From a virus (lineage: Duplodnaviria; Caudoviricetes): a DNA stretch of 64,000 nt. The notes under the pieces are model-generated. The model had not been told where the DNA came from. It saw only the letters and a program-made list of their open reading frames with translations, and did no database searches. This document shows, in pieces, positions 49,362-58,920 of this stretch. Position 1 is the first letter of the stretch. The number at the start of each line of letters is the position of its first letter. A program made the translations under genes and the position numbers. Location: the IMG/VR virus record IMGVR_UViG_3300035501_000922; one strand, written 5' to 3'.

Positions 49362-50567
49362 TTATTTTTTTATATTTATTGCATCATTCACAACTGTTTG
49401 AATTATATACATAATGATTGGAGTAATAAAGAATACCTCAAGACTATTATTTAAGTCAAGTAATTCTTCGTTTAAATCTAATGGTATATCATTAATACTC
49501 ATGTTTTTATCTCTTACAAACTTTTGGATTAACTCAGCATGTTTAGATTGTGTAAACCCGTTAGTTTTAATTGACATTACAAACTCATCAGAGAATATAT
49601 CAAATGTTTCAGATGGTATAACTGATGGTATGTCTAATACCTGTACAGTTGTATCTGCCCATCTGTAGAATGATGTTTCATGATATGCTGAACCCTGAAA
49701 ATATGTGAATTTAAAATTATGCACACGGCTATAGTCACGTCTTTCAATGAACCTATATACCGATTTCTCATACTTTAATCTATGAGTCTTATCTTCAAGT
49801 TGATTTGTGAATAACACTGTTTTTAGATTATTTTTTCTGTTAAACAACGAGTGCTTATTTGCAAACTCATTCATGTACGGATCATACAAACGAGTACCAG
49901 CACCAAGGTCACCAATTAAGCAATTATGTCTTTCATCATAGAATAATGTCATATATGTATTAGCCATATCACTATACATTTCTTCTATGACTTTAATTTT
50001 TGTCATTGTATCAGTTTCAATGATACACTTATTTTCGGTTCCTATATTATCAAGAATACATGTATATGATTCATTAGCCTGTTTTTCAATAGCGTCAACT
50101 TTCTCTTGCTCTAAGTATTCAAGCTGGAAATTTACCTTATAAAAATTATCAGGCATTATGTTATCATATGAGATTTCTGTAATTCTGAATAAATATACAT
50201 CATGAAGATATGGAATCATAAAGAAATCATTTTCAAGAGGCTTGATAGTATTAGGCAGTATTATTGCATCATTAGAATACTCAGTGTCAAGTCCTTGGTC
50301 TTGGTCTTGAAGCTGTAATACAATCTGCTCAATTCCATACATGGGGAAATTCTCAATTTTTTTAAACTTAATAGGAGAACGAAAACCTACAATAGATGCT
50401 ACATCCTTATATCCAGCATCAGTTGTAGTCTCATCAGCATTTATATGATAATATGTTACAAACGTTGGTGTTGTATCTAAAAATCTTGCCATTGGTGATT
50501 TTAGTTTTTCTTCATATTGAAAGATATTACTTTCAACCATTTTCTTTTCATTTACAAAAATCGCCAT
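49362..50567 (-). CDS. probable virion structural protein
   Basis: 401-aa ORF under an AACA-N6-TA promoter (50599-50610); beta-rich N-terminal half. Confidence 0.55.
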   Translation of the reverse strand: MAIFVNEKKMVESNIFQYEEKLKSPMARFLDTTPTFVTYYHINADETTTDAGYKDVASIVGFRSPIKFKKIENFPMYGIEQIVLQLQDQDQGLDTEYSNDAIILPNTIKPLENDFFMIPYLHDVYLFRITEISYDNIMPDNFYKVNFQLEYLEQEKVDAIEKQANESYTCILDNIGTENKCIIETDTMTKIKVIEEMYSDMANTYMTLFYDERHNCLIGDLGAGTRLYDPYMNEFANKHSLFNRKNNLKTVLFTNQLEDKTHRLKYEKSVYRFIERRDYSRVHNFKFTYFQGSAYHETSFYRWADTTVQVLDIPSVIPSETFDIFSDEFVMSIKTNGFTQSKHAELIQKFVRDKNMSINDIPLDLNEELLDLNNSLEVFFITPIIMYIIQTVVNDAINIKK

Positions 50568-50686
50568 TAAAAATCACATCCTTTAGTGGTATTTCTATTA
50601 AAACTATGTTTTTTCATATATTTATACATTATTTTTTCGTATCTTGATGCTTACAATTTAAATAAACTAGAAAGGGTGTGATAACC

Positions 50687-50977
50687 ATGGGCAAGAAAAA
50701 AAAGAAGAAAAACGATAATAAGCATTATGTTCAAGGATATGACCAAAAGGTACTTGACCGTATTGCTGATTCATTGGAAGAGTATATAAACCTTTTTGAC
50801 CAATTCATTATTCGTGATGGAACTGATGAGAAGGAATATAAAAAAGCCATGAAAATTATTCGTAAAGCAATTAAGAATTTACGAGAAGGAAACGGTGACG
50901 AAGTCTTTGATTCTGAAAGATATCAAGAGATGATGGAACGGATGGAAAATAACGTGGGGTATAGAGATGAATGTTGA
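50687..50977 (+). CDS. hypothetical protein
   Basis: Poly-Lys N-terminus; TATACATTAT promoter at 50623. Confidence 0.7.
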   Translation: MGKKKKKKNDNKHYVQGYDQKVLDRIADSLEEYINLFDQFIIRDGTDEKEYKKAMKIIRKAIKNLREGNGDEVFDSERYQEMMERMENNVGYRDEC

Positions 50978-51458
50978 TTTGTATTATTTAAAATCTAACA
51001 ATCAGCTTTATGCCTTTACAACCGATAAAACATACAGTCTCCAATTTCGTTCACAGCGAAACAAAGCACTCTTTATTCATAAGAGAGTCAAAATACCAAA
51101 ATGTGAGTATCATAATTTTGAATCAGATAATTACCATAGTAAATTGGATAGAATCCTTTTATATGATGGAAAACATGATTTTGAAATTATTGGTACAATC
51201 GAAGAAGACAGTAAACTTGATTCAGTTTGTACAAAAATACATGACAAATTGGATTACTATCATCATTACTTTTCAAGTAAACTTAATAATGAATACTTGA
51301 ATGTAATTAATGATGCTACAAAACTAATAAAAGAAAGCGATAAAGCTTGTAACTCATATCTTGAAATAAATACGTTTGATTTATTCTGTTACTTATTCAG
51401 ATTCACTTTTATTTCTAATGATTATGAAATTGCAAATGCTTATATCGATTCTTTATAA
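50967..51458 (+). CDS. hypothetical protein (paralog of 20375-20908)
   Basis: Shares the YAFT..K....F...RN motif and a C-terminal LF.Y.F motif. Confidence 0.7.
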   Translation: MNVDLYYLKSNNQLYAFTTDKTYSLQFRSQRNKALFIHKRVKIPKCEYHNFESDNYHSKLDRILLYDGKHDFEIIGTIEEDSKLDSVCTKIHDKLDYYHHYFSSKLNNEYLNVINDATKLIKESDKACNSYLEINTFDLFCYLFRFTFISNDYEIANAYIDSL

Positions 51459-51481
51459 ATTATTGAAAGGAAGAATTAAAA

Positions 51482-52189
51482 ATGAGTAAAAAAGAAGAAA
51501 CCAGTGCACAGGAAACATCAATGGTTCTTAAGGCTGCTGAAGAACGGAAACCATTCAGGCTGAATGCCTATCGGATTCCTGATGTGGAGTTTGTATCTGT
51601 TCCTACTAAGGAAGATGTTGAAAAATTATTTAAAATGACTGATGCTGATTTTATAGTAATCAATGAGCTTCTCAGCACAAAATGTTCTGATGAAGATGTA
51701 AACAATTTCCTTGGTGATATGGAACTTGAAAGTAGAGAAATAGATGGTACTACTTTCATCCATGTATCATCAATTGTTAAGAATGATGAATGGGATGTAC
51801 CATCTCTTCCCATATTCGAGTTTGTAATGAAGCAGTTTTTCAAGAGTTATGTGAAATGCATTAAGGAACTTCAATCACCATCAGCTGATTATCAGCCGAA
51901 AACCCATATGATTTATTTTGATTGCAGTGACTTGGGTGTTATACACAATGACCGTCACAGAATTCATGAAAACATGCTCGACGATGTACAAGGTGTTCTC
52001 ATGAAAGTTATGGAAGATACATGGTATTCCGAACCTGAACTTGAGTATGAGAATATTTTTATTTGTATGGCGATAACTAATAACTGCAGTAACGACCCAA
52101 TCTTTACCCTTGAATCTGATAATCCGTATAAGACAAAGGATAAGAAGAACAAGAAGAAAGATAAAAAGAAGAAAAAGAAGAAGAAGTAA
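51482..52189 (+). CDS. hypothetical acidic protein with a poly-Lys tail
   Basis: 235 aa; ends KTKDKKNKKKDKKKKKKKK. Confidence 0.75.
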   Translation: MSKKEETSAQETSMVLKAAEERKPFRLNAYRIPDVEFVSVPTKEDVEKLFKMTDADFIVINELLSTKCSDEDVNNFLGDMELESREIDGTTFIHVSSIVKNDEWDVPSLPIFEFVMKQFFKSYVKCIKELQSPSADYQPKTHMIYFDCSDLGVIHNDRHRIHENMLDDVQGVLMKVMEDTWYSEPELEYENIFICMAITNNCSNDPIFTLESDNPYKTKDKKNKKKDKKKKKKKK

Positions 52190-52293
52190 ATTTGTGAATT
52201 AATGACAGTGAGAAATTTTCTCACTGTCATTAAATTTTTTAAGTTTATTTTATTATTTTTCTTACGACTTTAAAAATAAAGGAAGGTGAAATT

Positions 52294-53553
52294 ATGATAG
52301 ATTTAAAAGGTAAAGGTGATGAGATATTTCAATATATCTTTGATGATTATATTTTTAATAGAGACCTTAGTCCTGCAAATTCTGTGTTACAGCAATTAGA
52401 TTTATTGATAGAAAATAAACTTGCTGTAAAGATTACAGGACATGCTTATTTATATTCATCATCATTAAATATTCAATATAATGTCGCATCACAACTTATG
52501 GTAAAACATAATAAAGATTTAAAGAAATGCTTTAGGCGACTAAGTCATAATACACGTAGTGGTGGTATAAAAATATTCGCTGATGATAACCCGGAGCTTA
52601 TTAAAATAAGTTCTTATGTTTTAGACTGTGGAACTTATTCAGTGGTATTAAAAGATTCTGATTATGCAATTTTAATTGTAAATGAAGACCCTGATGACAG
52701 AAACTACAGTATTGAGTACGAATTATATTTTGTAGGAAAGCATTGTAACAAGTGGAAAAACAAGTATTTCGACAAAGTTAACAAGTACGAACAAATCAGA
52801 GATTCTAGTAGGGATGAAATCATATCATATAGCGAAAGGCATAAGCAACAAAAAATCGTAAAATTCAAATCATTCGATGATATGGTTTTTAAGGATAAAG
52901 AAAAGTATATTAAATATATTGATAACTGGGTTTCAAATATACCGACTTATTACAAACGAGGTGTACCTGCTAAGTTATCAATATTAATGTATGGAAAACC
53001 CGGTACAGGAAAGAGTAGTTTTTATAAAGCTCTTGCTAAGTATTTAGATATTCAAGATGTGTGCTGTATATCAGCATCATATTTTACAGACCCCGGAAAT
53101 AATAATCTAAGGTTTGGTTCTAAATATGCATATCCGGTTGTTTATGCATTAGATGATATTGATTGTGTTTGTAACTCAAGAAAGAATGATAAGAGTTTAA
53201 AGAACTCACAAATTGTATCATCACTTCTTGAATTTTTAGATAATCCACCGGGTTGTTATTACAAAGCCAGTGATGGTGTTTTCTATCCAGTATCAATAAT
53301 CGTTGCAACTACAAATTACTATGATGATTTGGATGAAGCTGTTAAACGATATGGTCGTTTTGATTTACAAATTGAAATGACTGATTTTGATGCTAATGAA
53401 GCAGAAGAAATGTGTCATTTATATGATTTGGCACTTTCGGATATAATTCATGAAAAAATTAAAGATGATTTTACTATTTCTCCTGCAAAGCTTCAGGCTT
53501 TATGTGTGGAGAATATCGATAGTCATCTTAAAGAAATGAAAACGGAGGTATAA
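52294..53553 (+). CDS. AAA+ ATPase (BCS1-like motif spacing)
   Basis: ILMYGKPGTGKSS, LDDID and TTNYYDDLDEAVKRYGRFD (second region of homology). Confidence 0.85.
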   Translation: MIDLKGKGDEIFQYIFDDYIFNRDLSPANSVLQQLDLLIENKLAVKITGHAYLYSSSLNIQYNVASQLMVKHNKDLKKCFRRLSHNTRSGGIKIFADDNPELIKISSYVLDCGTYSVVLKDSDYAILIVNEDPDDRNYSIEYELYFVGKHCNKWKNKYFDKVNKYEQIRDSSRDEIISYSERHKQQKIVKFKSFDDMVFKDKEKYIKYIDNWVSNIPTYYKRGVPAKLSILMYGKPGTGKSSFYKALAKYLDIQDVCCISASYFTDPGNNNLRFGSKYAYPVVYALDDIDCVCNSRKNDKSLKNSQIVSSLLEFLDNPPGCYYKASDGVFYPVSIIVATTNYYDDLDEAVKRYGRFDLQIEMTDFDANEAEEMCHLYDLALSDIIHEKIKDDFTISPAKLQALCVENIDSHLKEMKTEV

Positions 53554-53555
53554 AA

Positions 53556-54410
53556 ATGAAACACAAGAAAAAGAACGCATATTCTGTTGCAGAGCAGAAT
53601 ATCAAAATTCTCAAGTCTGGGAAGATTAAGATTCAAAAGGGACAGAAAATTTCTCTGGTTCCTTATATCACAGACTCAGTAGCAAACACAGTTTGCTCAA
53701 GAATTGATGCAATCATCAGTAAGGAAGAAGTTGTTGTCGATACAACTAACTGCAGACTTGATACAACATCAACACTCTCAACTATGAGAAAAACTGTTGA
53801 GATGTTGTCTCGTATCGAAGGCTCTGGTACGCAGACAGTTATTCATATTATCAATAAGAAGAATGCAATTGAGATATTCGATTTTATGGATGACTCAATT
53901 GTTGGTACACTGCTTCGTTCTTCAACACTTGCAGCAATCTATAAGAAGATTAAAGATGATTGGTTTGATTTGAATGAATCTGATAAAACTCAGTTCACTA
54001 ATATTCTCTTCATTCCTGATATTCTTGTATTCCTTGATGAGGATACAGGAAAGGTAAAGAAAATACCTCACAAGGTTAATCTTCTTTTAGTAGCAGAACC
54101 TAGTCTTAAGGCAATGGCAACTGGTGTTGAAAGAGTTACTAGCGAACAGGCTGTTGAACGTACAATCAATGATGTATTCGCATCTGCAATTAAATGCGGT
54201 GCTAAGAACTTGGTAATTGCACCGTATTGTCATAAGATATTCCTTGAAGACCCTTATACAACTGCAGGAGTATGGCATGATTATACGACAATACAGAAGT
54301 CCATCGAAAACCTCAATAATGTAAATTTTGCTGTTAATAACGATGACTTATATATTATATTCATGAAGAATAACTCTTATAACAAGATGAATTCTGATTT
54401 AACCAAGTGA
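53556..54410 (+). CDS. degenerate microbial PARG-like (TIGR02452-type) macrodomain protein
   Basis: Ordered matches LLRSSTL, ILFIPDILVF, P.KVNLLLVAEP, GAKNLVI, DP and VNFAV; the GGG...QEE and GAwGCG motifs are absent. Confidence 0.6.
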   Translation: MKHKKKNAYSVAEQNIKILKSGKIKIQKGQKISLVPYITDSVANTVCSRIDAIISKEEVVVDTTNCRLDTTSTLSTMRKTVEMLSRIEGSGTQTVIHIINKKNAIEIFDFMDDSIVGTLLRSSTLAAIYKKIKDDWFDLNESDKTQFTNILFIPDILVFLDEDTGKVKKIPHKVNLLLVAEPSLKAMATGVERVTSEQAVERTINDVFASAIKCGAKNLVIAPYCHKIFLEDPYTTAGVWHDYTTIQKSIENLNNVNFAVNNDDLYIIFMKNNSYNKMNSDLTK

Positions 54411-54497
54411 TGTAAATTATGATTCTAACAGTTGAAATACACTGTTAGAATCTATTTTATTAATCACAATTGTTTAATTTGAAAGGAGTCGTTTATT

Positions 54498-57400
54498 ATG
54501 GCTATTGATTTATCAGTCGATGTTCCTGTTATTAATAATAGGAGCGAATTAAAACAATGGTTGAAACCAATGTATATCATATCAGATTATATGTCTGATT
54601 ATGATACCTACAAGAAGTTTCAACAAAAGATGTATAATCTTATTAAAGGGTGCTTTGTTATTAAAGAATGCAGAGAATACCCCGTAAGATTTAAGTTCAA
54701 CAAAAGAGATTCTGAAACATACGAACTTCAGTTAAGACATTTTGTAGTTAATCTTATTGTATGGTATCCTTTCATTGAACTTAACGACATTGATGTTCTC
54801 AATAAGTCTTTTATTCTCGATTGTTTCAATGACATTCCTGCTATTGAAACTTATATCAACGAGAAGCTTATCAGTACTTTGAGAGAATACCATGTTAAAT
54901 CAACTAAAGTTAACTACGCAATTTCAGAAGTCCTGTATAATTTAAGAAAAATCTCAGAGGATTTTTCCATTATATTGGGACTTAATTTTTCAGCACCCAC
55001 TTTCATTGATATGTACAATAATAATCCTGAAATTAAAGAACTCATGGAATGCACGTTTGAAGAGAACATGCAACCACATGAGATTGAACAAAAGTTACAG
55101 GAGTATGAAGATAAAGAAATAGGTATATTTAAGAATACTAAGGATAATCCTATTGGTACCATCCTTCGAGCTCAGACTGGTATTAAGCTTAAACAGCTTA
55201 GAGAATTTACCATCTCAGAAGGATTAAAACCTACTCTTACAGGAGAAACAATTCCTATACCTATTCAAAATAGTACAATGTTACGTGGTCTTGATAGACC
55301 CTCATACTTGTTCATAGACGCTATGGGTGCTCGTAAGTAAAAAATTATTAATGGCTTACGTTAAACTCCCTTAACTGCTGGAAACTCCTTGGTGAGAGGA
55401 CAATCAGCAGCCAAGACATTTAAAGTATTACATTATGTAAGATTCCAATATGACTAACATTATTTTAAAAATTTTATGAAAAAGGTGATAATAATGATTT
55501 ATATTGGATTCGAAGAAGAATGGAAAAAAATTATAATTGATAATCAAGAAACGATTTATAGTATATCAAATTTTGCTAGAGTCCGTAATGATGAAACTGG
55601 TTTGATTAAAAAACATACAGTTGCCGAAAATAAACGTCATTTCGTGACATTGAATATAGACGGTGAATCTGTAAAAAAACTGGTATACAGATTAGTAGCA
55701 GAAGCATTCATACCTATACCTGAAAAATATCTTAAATTAGGTTATAATGCAAAATCCTTAGAAGTTGACCATATCAGAGATGGCGACCCTGAAAATCACG
55801 ATGATAATTCTGTATTTAATCTTCAATGGTTGACTAAGCGTGAGAATATAATCAAAGCTAGTCAAGCAGGTTTATATAAATCTGAAAATAAAAAATACAA
55901 GGATAAAAATCGAGAGAAAAAAGAAAGTGGATGGGGTCGACCCGGTGAAAAAAATCCTTCATCGGTTTATACTGAAAAACAGATTCGAGAAATATGTGAA
56001 CTACTTGTCGAAAATAAACTTAATGCACAAGAAATCGCTGATAAAGTTGGCGTTAAAAAAGGACTTGTACATGATGTTAGAATCGGTAGAGCATGGAAGC
56101 ATGTATCAAAAGAATATGACTTCAGTCATTATGACAGAAAGATTGGTTTACAGTATGAGCCAGAGTTGCTAAAAAATTTAGATATACTGATTAATATGGA
56201 TGCTACTAATAAACAGATACGTGAAATACTAAAACTTGATAATGACAAAACCGTCAGAGCACTGATTTCCAGTCATAGAAAAAAACTTGGTAAGAACATA
56301 ACTGTTCGAACGGTATATGATCCACAGATTCTTCAAAAAATAGATGAGTATATAATTGCAGGGAAAACTAATAATGAAATTAAATCTCAACTTAATCTAG
56401 TACATGAAGGTAGAACAGATGTTTTACTTTCTGCACATAGAAGAAGACTAAGTGTTCCTGCACCATCTAGAAATTAATACTTTTAAATGTAAGGTTCAAC
56501 GACTATCGAAAACATAACCTAGAAGAAACATCTAGGTGAAGAAGTGAGTAGAGTACACTCTAAGTAGAGTGGAAATGGGGAGCAGTGTATATTTGGTAAT
56601 AGAATATATATTGAAGATATAGTCTACTCTGCATGGTAACATGCAGCCGTTTACGGATATAAGTGTAACGGACTTATATGAATACAATACTAACGCATTA
56701 GTAATGAATAAGAAGGTCATGGGAAGAGCTGGTTACTTCGGTGTGTAATATTCGCCGGGAATATATAGTAATATATATTCATGTACTCTCTTAATTGCTG
56801 GGAACTCTTGCTAGGTCATTAGTACTACGTGTAATAATCTAATGAATAGAGACAATCAGCAGCCAAGACTCTTTATAAGAGTAAGGTTCAACGACTATCG
56901 AAAAGGTATCTATAATAGAAATATCATAGAGAGTAACTGAGTAGAGTAGGATTTAAGTAAATCCGAAATGGAGAGCTTCCTATATTTGGTAATAGAATAT
57001 AGGAATGAAGATATAGTCTAGTATCCTATGGAGACATAGGGAAGTTCATAAGAGAACTGTATAGAATTAACACTTCTATATGAATAAAACGAAAATAGTT
57101 CTTTTACTAGCAAGAACACTTAGCTTATCAACAGAGACATCTGATTGTAATACTAAGCATCTTGTTACGTATGACATAACCAGTAAAAAAGTACTCAATA
57201 AACTAAACGGAAAATATTATAAAGAGAGCGAAGATGATGATATTAAGCTTCTTAATGCTAAAACAGATATTCACCTTATAGGTAAGAGTATTCTTGTTCG
57301 CTCTCCTGCAACATGTGCTTGTGGAGATAGTGTATGTGCTAGATGCATTGGTACTACTGCTGTAATTAATCAGGATATTGGTGATGGATTCTCAGCGTTT

Positions 57401-58297
57401 GAATCTGAAGAAATTACCAAGATAATTAATCAGTCTATTCTATCGACAAAGCATCTTTTAACAACTAATTCGGAGGTTATTGAATTTAACCCAGAATTTC
57501 ATAAGTTCTTTACCATTCTTGGTGGAGAGATTAATCCAATCGTTAATGAAAACAAATACGTTGACGATATATCGGATTATGCAATTTATATAGACCCAGA
57601 TGATATATCTAAGGTTGAAGAGATGGATGATGATTCACTGTATAATACTATGATTTACAATGGTAGATTTTACGTAAGAAACATCAATGACCCTGAAGAA
57701 CCTGATATATTAATACAGGCTGTAGGAGAAAAGGAGATATATATAACAGAAGAAGCAACTACACTTCTTAAGAAGGGTAAAGGTTTAATTAAATTCCAAG
57801 ATTTGGATGATGACATTAAGTTATTTGAGATGACAATTCTTAATAATGAACTTACTAAACCTTTGTATGATTTGATGGACCTGCTCAATAAAAATAAGAA
57901 AGACGATATTGATATGACAATAGACTCTATGTGTCAGAAGTTCATGGAACTGATGATTGATTCTAAGATTTCCGCTAATATCGTAGCAGCAGAAATAATC
58001 ATTAATAGATTAATAAGGTCTGTAGAGAATCCTTATGATAGACCCGATTTTACACAAGATGAGATGCCCTTGTATACAATCTTCACAGTCAGAAAAGCCC
58101 TTGAAAAGAATCGTTCACCATTAATTGGATTATCATTCCAAGATATCAAACGACAGTTTTTAAGTGATGACCTTTATGATGAGCGAGATGGAACATCTTA
58201 TATTGACGCATTCTTCCGTACTGAAATACCTACTGACAATCTTAAGACTTATGCTGAGATGGTTAGTAAAGATAATTTAAATAAGAGAGGTAAATAA
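54498..58297 (+). CDS. RNA polymerase beta' subunit, C-terminal part; 3 exons (about 697 aa)
   Basis: Exons 54498-55338, 56696-56742 and 57092-58297. Splicing restores the bridge helix RGL...GARK|SLVMNKKVMGRAGYFG|KI. Also DCNT, the Zn site RSPATC..VCARC and a trigger-loop-like NQSILSTKH. Confidence 0.9.
55339..56695 (+). mobile_element. group I intron (beta'-C intron 1) carrying an HNH ORF
   Basis: P1 CGUAAGU/GCUUACG; P10 UUAUUAAUG/CAUUAGUAA; terminal G at 56695. Confidence 0.9.
55476..56477 (+). CDS. intron-encoded HNH homing endonuclease
   Basis: VYRLVAEAFIP...VDHIRDGDPENHDDNSVFNLQW followed by HTH-like modules; the true start may be 55494. Confidence 0.85.
   Translation: MKKVIIMIYIGFEEEWKKIIIDNQETIYSISNFARVRNDETGLIKKHTVAENKRHFVTLNIDGESVKKLVYRLVAEAFIPIPEKYLKLGYNAKSLEVDHIRDGDPENHDDNSVFNLQWLTKRENIIKASQAGLYKSENKKYKDKNREKKESGWGRPGEKNPSSVYTEKQIREICELLVENKLNAQEIADKVGVKKGLVHDVRIGRAWKHVSKEYDFSHYDRKIGLQYEPELLKNLDILINMDATNKQIREILKLDNDKTVRALISSHRKKLGKNITVRTVYDPQILQKIDEYIIAGKTNNEIKSQLNLVHEGRTDVLLSAHRRRLSVPAPSRN
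56743..57091 (+). mobile_element. group I intron (beta'-C intron 2, ORF-less)
   Basis: P1 UUCGGU/GCCGGG; full core; terminal G at 57091. Confidence 0.9.
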
Positions 58298-58407
58298 TAC
58301 GGAACGTTTTTATGTGTAGGAGATTATCGATCTCCTACACATTTTTTTATAGTTTTTATAGGGTTTTTATTTATATATTATTATATTGAAGAAAGGAGTT
58401 GGTTATA

Positions 58408-58800
58408 ATGCCAGTACAAGTAATAATCCATCGTCAACTTATTTACAAGGAGGTTAATAGAATCTTTGAGTCGAATTTACCTGCTGAACTCAAAGGTAAA
58501 TTATTACCTCCTAATTCTAAGTATGCAAAATTGTTCATGAGCATAGCAACGAGTATTTCGCTTAACAAAGGTGACTGTTTGTTAAAGGAGAATACATACT
58601 GCTGGACTATTAGTATGGACGATTTTAACAGTATACTTGAGGATTTGGAAGACGGCTTTGGTACAAAATTTACAGAAACGAGCGGTCAAAGAGTGTGCAA
58701 TGATATGGTTTTCCGTGATGGAGATTATATCATATTTGATAACCATGATAAATTTATATTCTCAGGTGGTTATTGGTTACATGAAAAAGATAGAGGTTAA
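58408..58800 (+). CDS. hypothetical protein
   Basis: AAGGAG RBS; TATATATTAT promoter at 58372. Confidence 0.7.
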   Translation: MPVQVIIHRQLIYKEVNRIFESNLPAELKGKLLPPNSKYAKLFMSIATSISLNKGDCLLKENTYCWTISMDDFNSILEDLEDGFGTKFTETSGQRVCNDMVFRDGDYIIFDNHDKFIFSGGYWLHEKDRG

Positions 58801-58920
58801 CCTCTATCTTTTTTTATTTTTTTATTTTTGAACTAGCCAATTAATTACTTGAATAAACCTATTTTTCATTTTAATAAAGACATTTTCTTAATCTATTTGA
58901 AGAAAGGACTGATTTATCCA

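Noticed and set aside
9716-57091. Repeated ~300-bp intergenic-looking blocks as IS/MITE elements or group II introns
   Set aside because: No terminal inverted repeats, target duplications or GUGYG/domain V; they carry group I P, Q, R, S elements and a terminal G
1621-58297. Uracil-substituted genome as in AR9/PBS1
   Set aside because: This cannot be read from sequence and no diagnostic genes are present in the window; kept only as a test attached to the promoter finding
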